Source: Dimargaris cristalligena
Taxonomy: Eukaryota
Direction of reading: 5' to 3'
Length of the DNA stretch: 32,785 nucleotides
Assembly (NCBI GenBank): GCA_003614675.1
Contig: ML002416.1
Coordinates: 1-32,785 of the forward strand
The notes beneath the pieces were generated by a model. It made no database searches and had not been told where the DNA came from. It worked only from the letters and a program-made list of their open reading frames with translations. Positions 23,001 through 32,000 of this stretch are shown in pieces. Made by a program: the position numbers and the translations under genes. Every line of letters begins with the position of its first letter. The first letter of the stretch is position 1.

Positions 23001-26000
23001 GGCCAAGATACTCTATAGCACATCGGCCTACTCGGAGGAAGCTATCCGGCACTTAGTCAGAATGATCGAAACCGCTGTTGGGCAGATTTTATCGGCCCAG
23101 TCCGGGACCACTGTAGACCAATTGGTGCTCACAAGGTCACCATTGGCCCGCCCCATTACACATGGGCAAGAGTCAATTAGCACTGTATCTACTTCGCCTT
23201 TTCCATCGCTGGCCGAAACCTGGGATAGTATATTATCGGACTATCCCGACCATTTAGCCTACATTTCGAAAGAACTTAGTCTATCATTTAGTCAAGTTGG
23301 CCAATTGGCGGACGTCCTTGCCTTTCGATCTGGCCAAGTTCTCAAATCTTCCTACCCGTCAATCGTGGCCCTTGTGGATAGCGTAGAACATTTATTGATA
23401 TGCTTAGTAAGCGCATTCAAGATGGGGGCCCGCCTCACACTTTTGGCTCCCCCATTCACTCTTGACCAATTGCTGACATATACCAAATTGTCCGCGAGCC
23501 AGGCTGTATGGCTACCATCTACTAAAGTGGAAGAAATCCGCCCGTTCCTGAATGATGTTGTGAAACTAATTCCTTTACCAGACGCCGTTGAAGCGCACAT
23601 CGACAAAACCCGTGCGTCTCGCCGATTCAAGCCCTCCGCCGTTTCGAAGAACTTTGCCCTATCTTTTATGTCACAAAGGAATTCGAATAGTCCGGCACTG
23701 TCGACTATCCATGATTCGTGTATCCAGCTCACCCTCGCGTCAACCCAGTCATATATTTCAAAAAACGACCGTGTGATTATTGACCGTTCTCTGGCCCTCG
23801 ATTCCAGCCCAGCTGCCTGGCTGATCCTCTCGTGTCTGTTGTCACACAAAGTAATTCTTGCCCCGGACTCGCCCCTTGGCGTGGATATCAAGTCACCGAC
23901 GTGCCATGTCATGGCGGCTAATACTCGCTTAGATGGCTTGGATGGCTGTAATAGGCTGATTCTTTACGATCTAGACCAGGCTCATTGGTACGACTCCATC
24001 AACTTTGCGGAATCCACTGATACCTGTATCTCATTCATTGGAACTGTATTCCAGGGCCACCAACAGGTCACAAAGGAGCAGTTGATATCCCGATGTTTAC
24101 CCACCATCGATACAACTCCCCTCTTCTATTCACTAGGTGTGCTTGATTGCCATGACCGTCTCTGTCCCCCGGGGGTCGTTGGTCGCCTAGCGTTCTTTGA
24201 AATTTCGTCGTCCAAGTATTCAGCCCCTACGAAGCACCCGGTTCTTGGTTATCGAGATAACAACAACGGGATACGTATGCTTGGTCCTATCACTCAGAGG
24301 GAGGTTGTCGAGGGCCAACAAATACACTTCGGTATACTGACTCAGGCCCTAGCAGGGGCAGGTGCCCTTTTCCCGCGATGTCTAATTCTACCCGACAACC
24401 GATTAGTTGCTCTGGTGGCCAATACCACCGAAGGGGAGCTGATTCAACTAAAGACCTCCATGGTGTCTCCTGACATCCCGTCTGCTCTAGTACCGTCGGC
24501 CATTATTTCGACCCACGCCTTCCCCCACGTAGCCAACCTAGCTGACCGCCTTCTGTCGCATTTTGCCCAAGCATATCTTGCCACTCTTCCCTTTTACAAT
24601 GATCATTCAATGTCTAAACTCGAATGGTGGCTCACTACAGTGGTCAACGAACTGCATATCTCGTTAAAGCCATCCGCCGATTACTCCACCAGTCCCTTAC
24701 TTCGGTCCTCATCGGAGGCTACATTGGCCCAACTTGAATTGTTAAGGCATCGTATCTACTCGAAATTTAACGCTAGTCTTACCATGGGTGACTTGGTTAA
24801 ACACCCCGAACTCCGAAAACTGACTTCCATTCTATCTGAAAGAATTGATCAAAGTCTAGTTGAGCACTCTGGCGAAGTTAGCACTAACGGGGCCGCTTTT
24901 TATGCCCCAAATTCTCTGCCTTTATACCTTCGGACTATTCCAGTTACTGACCGTCAGCAGCAAATATGGTCCCTTGGCCGAATGGGTACGAATTCGGCGG
25001 GTTTCTATCACCAATGCCTGATAACCTCAGAAGCCCCAATCCAGCTCAAAAGCATTCAACAAGCTATCGACCAATTAGCATCCGCATTCGAGTCCCTTCG
25101 ATTCCGGTTTAACTCTGCGCAAGGCACCCTAACTTGCCACGTATTACCCCATGTGCAAATTGGAATCACTGAGCACTGGCTCCCCAATTCTCAGTCACTT
25201 GTGGTCGATGACCTATTATCGGGTGAGGTCAAACTCGACCTTGATCGCGGGGTCCTCAGCCAAGTGGATCTGTATCACTCTTCCATAACCATTAAGGGTG
25301 GAATAGCATCGGCCCTATGTCTTCAAGTACATGATATTGCCGTGGATAGTTCCCTATTCGACCGGATTGTAAAGTATATTGTTACTGGACTTCATGGAAT
25401 ACCCCAGAATAACTCCAGTCAACGGGTGACAAGGCCGAACTCCTGTCATCGTGACGCTAACGACACTGACTCCAGTTACTGGAGAAGCCTTCTCCGCGAT
25501 CCACCAACCGAGCTTCATTTGCCCTTCGATCATCCCCGGCCCCTTCTTCCAAGTTTCCAACATGCCACCGTTGGCCTTAAGCTAGGATCTGGGTTAATGG
25601 CATCCCTGTTTAATTGTAAATCAGCTAATCCGTTGGCCCAAGGTGACATTTGGTTGGCCCTCTTCGCCTCGTTTCTCAGGCGGCTAACGGGCCAGGATGA
25701 TATTATCATCGATTATAGCAGCGTGGAAGACCGATCCGATGATCAAATAGTCGGAGCCGCCGAGCAGTCGGATACCCATACACCGATCCGTTGTTCAGGA
25801 AATTGGCCAGCGCACATCTCTCAACTGGCCGAGCATCTTAGTCTTCAGCGTCGTCAGTCCATGAGATATCCGACCCCATCGGTTAATTTATATTCCACAC
25901 TCGGAGATCACCTTGGTCTCATCCGACTATTGGGCTTAGCTCGAGTTCGGGTCTCCATTTTCTCCGACTTTTATGAGAAACTTGACTACAATGTCACCCG

Positions 26001-29000
26001 GGTTATATATCCCAGCACGGCACAGTCGCTATTTACTTACGACCTGGAATTGGTTATCCGAGGAATAGCCTCCGCTCGATATTGTGATCTTCGCTTCAAT
26101 TCAGATGTGTTGGAGAGTTCAACCGCCGAACGCTTGATACGTAACTTCCTCCACTATGCCCAAGGTTGCTTCTACCAGGATCAGCCATGGACCAGAACTT
26201 CAATAGTTTCCCCTGACGAATATCGCACCTTGATTGATAATTTTGCATTCGGGGGCTTACTGACCACCGAATGTCCCATGACGCCTCCTGCCGATGTTCT
26301 ACGCCATTTCTTCAGAATTGCTACATTGTATCCCGATCGCGCTGCTACTGAGATATTAGGCAAATCTTGCACCTATATTGAACTCGTTGATCGTATCAGC
26401 TCAGTGGCCGCCGGACTGCGCGCGGCCCAAATCCAGCCGGGAGACAAAATTGCTGTCATCGTTGCTAATCATCCAGACACCGTGGTTGGGATGTTAGCAA
26501 CATGGGTCGTAGGAGCTGTATATGTACCTGTGGATTGTACGCTGCCAGTCAAACGGCAGACTTATATAATTGATGTTGCTGGCTGTAGGATGGTGGTGAA
26601 CACTTCAAACACACCTACCCAGTTGACCAATGTAGTGGCTCTTTCTGAGTTATTCGGGCACGATAATACTACCAACAATGAGCCTAATTGTCATCCAAAC
26701 CGCCCTGATGACTTGGCCTACATTATTTTTACATCAGGGTCAACAGGTTTGCCCAAGGGGGTTATGGTTTTGCGCAGCAACCTCGATTACATAATATTTA
26801 ACCCCGTTTTCCAAGACCTTCGAGTGGTGGGTCAGCGTGTCATGATGGGGTCCTCCCCTGGGTTCGATGCCTTCATCATCAATTCCCTCGTTACACTATG
26901 TGGTGGGTCGACGTTGGTGTTTTACCATGACAATTTGGCTGATACTCTACGCCAGGTGGACCAAACCTGGTTGGTGCCGTCGGTTATTAATCGGCTCAAC
27001 CCTTCCAACTACCCCAATCTGAAGAAACTGTGTCTGGTGGGCGAGCCTCTCAGCCGCGAGCTAGTTGACAAGTGGTCGGCGGTTCCCGGTATCTATAATG
27101 GCTATGGACCCACCGAGACTACCATCATTAGCCATTTTACCCGAGTCCCACCCACTGGGCCAATCACCATTGGCCCTCCAGTTCCCAATTACGAGTGTTA
27201 CATTCTGGATAGTCAATTGCAGCTGGTACCTATCGGGGCTATCGGCGAAATCTGCATCGGCGGAGTTGGTGTCAGCCTTGGCTACATTAACCGGCCTGAC
27301 CTCAATCCCATCAAATTCATTGACAACCCCTTCACAGGTCGGGGTCGACTGTATCGTTCCGGCGATTTGGGCCGCTGGCTACCTGATGGACGGGTTGAGT
27401 GTGTGGGGCGCATGGACAGCCAGATCAAACTCCGGGGATTCAGGATTGAGCTGAACGAGATTCGTAGTGTTCTGCTGCGCCAACCCGGGGTCCGAGACTG
27501 TACCGTTTTCGTCCACGACCAATTCTTGGTCAGCTACGTGTTCCCTGAATCCGCTGCTAATAATGAAGTTTTGCATAACGCTGTAGCCAATCATTTGCCA
27601 CTTTATATGGTACCCAGCTACTTCATGGGGCTGCCAACGGTGCCCCTCACTATCAACGGCAAATGTGACACCAAATTCCTTCTAGACCATTTCACCGAGT
27701 ATCTGACGACCCAACGGAGGCAGGATCCAACAGACTCCTCATTAACCCTGTCAAGCCGGCCACTGGGAGCCCTAACGCAGGCGCTGGTAGATGTACTTGG
27801 ACTGGCTCCTGAAGAGATTAATCTGCAATTATCCTTCGTCAAACTTGGTGGGGACTCTATTTCAGCTATTCAAGTATCATCAAAGTGTCGCCAACTCGGA
27901 TACACCCTACCCACCTCTATGATTTTGCGATCGAAGACCTTGTCTGATGTTGTTGGTAATATGAAAGTCATCGATCCCACCACAGCTCGAAAGGACCCCC
28001 ACAAAACAATATCATATCACACCACATTCCCACTCACCCCAATTCAGCAGTGGTTCTTTGACCACCCCTGGCGTAACCCCCATCATTTCAATCAATCGTT
28101 TGCCCTTGAATTGACTCGACCGTTATCTGTAACTCAGATTACGTCCGCCCTTCTTAGCCTGATCAACCACCACAATTTATTGCGCTGTCAGTTCACCGAG
28201 GACGGGTCTAATTCACCCAGCCGGTGGTCTCAACGTATATTGCCGCCGCTTGCGACTTTACCCATTCCCGTGCTGGAAGCCATTGTTCCTCTGTCTGGCT
28301 GCCCTATTCAGTTTAAATTGATCCAGTCTTCGCTTGACATTTCGCAGGGTCACCACTTGGCTGCGGGTCTCATTACTGTTTTGGATAATAATGTCAGCTC
28401 ATCCACCGATTCGGTTTCGCACCCCCCGGTTCCATTCCAAACAACTCCTAGGCAGGTGTTATTCTTAACGATCCACCACCTGGTAGTAGATTTGGTATCG
28501 TGGTCAATTCTATTAGAGGATCTGGCACAACTTCTAGATGGTCAAAATCCAGCACCACAGTATCTCTCGTTTGCAACTTGGGCAGCAGAATTATCTGGTT
28601 GGGCCAAACAATCTATCCCTGGGACCGAACAGCCATTGACTTCAATGCCATTGTCATCATATTTGCCACTCGCCAGTCCCGATAACCTGGTATTCAATAT
28701 TCAGGGCAATTCAAAGTGCCTGTCGGTCACCTTGGACAGTATCATTTCAGATGAACTGCTTGGGGTCGATACCCACCTTATCCAGCCTCTGGAACTAATG
28801 CTCGCCGGCCTGTTCCAGGCCCTATACTCCTTGACCCAAGCGCCAACTATAACCATTTTCAATGAATCTCATGGCCGTCATTCGTGGGATACCAACCTGG
28901 ACCCCAGTCGTACGGTGGGCTGGTTTACTACTCTCCTACCATGCCAAACACAGGCCAGCGCGGGTACAACGCCCTTGGATTTCCTTAAATCGGCCAAACA

Positions 29001-32000
29001 GGCCCACCGCTCGGCGAGTGGTACCCACGGGCTTCACCAGAGTCTTCAAAAATGGCTAAACTGCACTGATGTTGTACCCTCCTCTCACCAATCCTACTCA
29101 CCAATCGACGTTGCATTCAACTACCTTGGGCATACGGTGGATCACGGTACATTGACCCAACAAGGCCGTGCCCCCTGGTTACCTTGTCATGAACTGATGT
29201 CTGATATGGCTGTCTGCGATGCGAATGAGCTCCGTACACAGCTAATCGAGATTATTGGTTTACCAACCTCGGATGGTCTAGTATTCACAGTTCGTTATTG
29301 TCCACAGGTCATAGCGACAGGTAATATTGAAGTCCTTTTGAACCGCTTCCACAGCTCACTAGTTAGTCTGGTACACTATGTTAACCAATCCCCCAGTCCC
29401 TCTCTTTGGACCCCGATGGACTTCCCTGATTTACAGACCACTTTGCCGGAACTGGTCAAACTCGAAGCCGAGCTTATCACCGTTGGCCTTTCCGGGAACG
29501 ATGTCGAAGACATCTACCCCATGCTGCCCATGCAGCAGGGCATGTGGACAGCCACGGCCAAGGACCCCTCCGAATACCTGGTTCAGCTGGCCTTCACTGT
29601 AACTGGCATTTCGAACCTCGACCAACTACAGGTGGCCACCCGGGCAGTTGTTGGCGACTACACCATTTTGCGCACAATGTTTATTACTTCATGGAGCAAT
29701 TCCCATTGTCAAGGTGTCCAAGTAGTGATCCGAGAACCACGGTTCGGTTGGCATGTCATTAACGAGTGGTCTGATGTGGATTCCATTAGTGAACCCGACT
29801 TTATGCTGTCCAACAAAAGACGTGGTTTCGGGCCCGGCGAACCCCTTCTCCGAGCCCATGTTAAGCAGCTGTCAGTAAATACATTCAGGTATTTATTGAC
29901 CATCCACCATGCACTAATTGACGGGTGGTCCATTGGTATTCTAGTAGGTCGGCTTCGGGCCCACCTTCAAAATGATACTGAAATCCTGCTTGTCCGCCCC
30001 CCTGCATTCCGCAATTATGTAGCACATATGCATATCTCCGACAAACAAAGTGCAAAATCGTTCTGGTCGGAGTACCTGCGAGGTGTCGAGCAGCCCACTA
30101 AAATAGAGCTTCCCAAGCCCACTTGTAAGCCAGATTCCCCCAGGGCCGAATTGAAAATGACTCTTTTCGAGGATGCTGATACTATCACTCAACTCGCTCA
30201 CCATATGGGGATCACTCCCTATGTTCTTATCAAGGCCGCCTGGGCCCTGCTTTTGAGTCGCTACACTGACCAGCCCGATGTCATTTTCGGCAACACTGTG
30301 TCTGGTAGAGCGCTACCCCTTGCTGATATCGAGTCCCACCTGGGATGCCTTATCAATACGGTTCCGTTTCGGGTTCGAGCTGACGAGACTATGACTGTGG
30401 CTGAGTGGGTCACTGCTATTCATAATAGTTCCCAACAGGTTGTTTCATTTGAACACCACCATATATCTGAGATCAACACATGGGTGGAAGGGGAAAATCG
30501 GCCAAGTGACTTGTTCAATACGCTAGTTGTGTACGAAAGCTACCCTAATACGGGCACGGATTGTCTTGATCACCCAGTCACTTTTACAGATACCGGGTTT
30601 CTCGAATCCAGTGACTATCCGCTAACACTAGTTGTCCAGATGGAGTGTGGCGAACTCAGTGCTTGCTTGAGCTGGAACTCTTTTCAATTTGGTCCAGTCT
30701 ATATCGACACCCTGTCCAAACATTTGTGCACCCTATTCAATGGGCTGGTCTTCGCTCTAGCCAACGCAGATGGGCAAATCCGCATACAAGATCTGGAAAT
30801 GCTTTCTCCTGAGGAGCATGAGGTAATGGTGAAGCAATTCGCATGTCCTCGTCGGACCATAGATCGCGATGCCTGTGTACCTGCGTTGTTTACTCGTTCT
30901 GTTCAGATCAGACCGAACGTTACTGCCGTGGAGTACGAAGACACCAAGTGGACTTATGCCCACTTGTACCATCAGTCACTTAGTCTCGCCCAGCAACTGC
31001 TAGACCGAGGGGTCCAGCGCGAAACTCCCATTGGCCTGCTCATTGACCGGGTACCCAGCACAATTGCAGCCTTTATGGGCTTGCAGTTGTCGGGGGCAGC
31101 TTTGATTCCCCTGGACCCCACTTTCCCTATCGAGCGCATCCAGTATATCACAGAAGACTGCGGCATTGGTCTCGTTCTTACCAATATGGCGGACCAGTCC
31201 AAACTCAATGCTATTCGCTCCACCCTCACCCAAGTCGAAATCCAACTAATCGGCCCTTGGCTTTTGCCCCTCCAACTACCCCAAGACCAGCTGCCTATCC
31301 TCCCTAATATTAGGCCCACCGACCTTTCCCATATAGTGTATACGTCTGGAACCACGGGGCGACCCAAGGGCGTTCAAATCGAACATCGCCTGATGGGCAA
31401 CTTTGTCCAGCAGTTGGAGTCAACGTATGGCATTTCCGCTGGCCTGCGCTTAATGCAGAATATGGCATTGACCTTTGACGCTGCCCTACTCGAGATATTT
31501 ACCGGCCTATGCAAGGGGGCCACCCTTGTTCTTCGGACCGATCTGTTGGATACACTGCCCAAAGTGGATGCTATATTCGCCACCCCTACTGTACTGGCCT
31601 CCCTTGACCCGGCCAAATATCCTAATCTACAAACGATCATTTCCGGTGGAGAGGCCCTTCCTCGTGAAGTAGCCAAACGCTGGGCCCGTCATTGTCGACT
31701 GTTCAATATATACGGGCCCACGGAAGTTCTGGTCTCACACACTGTCGAGTACAGCCTTGGCGATATTTTGACTATAGGTCGACCAGTTCCTAATACCCAG
31801 GGCTATATCCTCGATCGCTATTTGCGCCCCGTTCCAACTGGGGTTCGTGGTGAAATCTACGTTGGTGGCGCGCAGGTCGCACGGGGTTACGTCAACTTGC
31901 CCGACCTCAATACGGCGAGATTAATTCCTAATCCTTTTAGCGGATCAGACAATATGTATCGGACAGGAGACTCGGCCCGCTGGCTACCCAATGGTACCGT

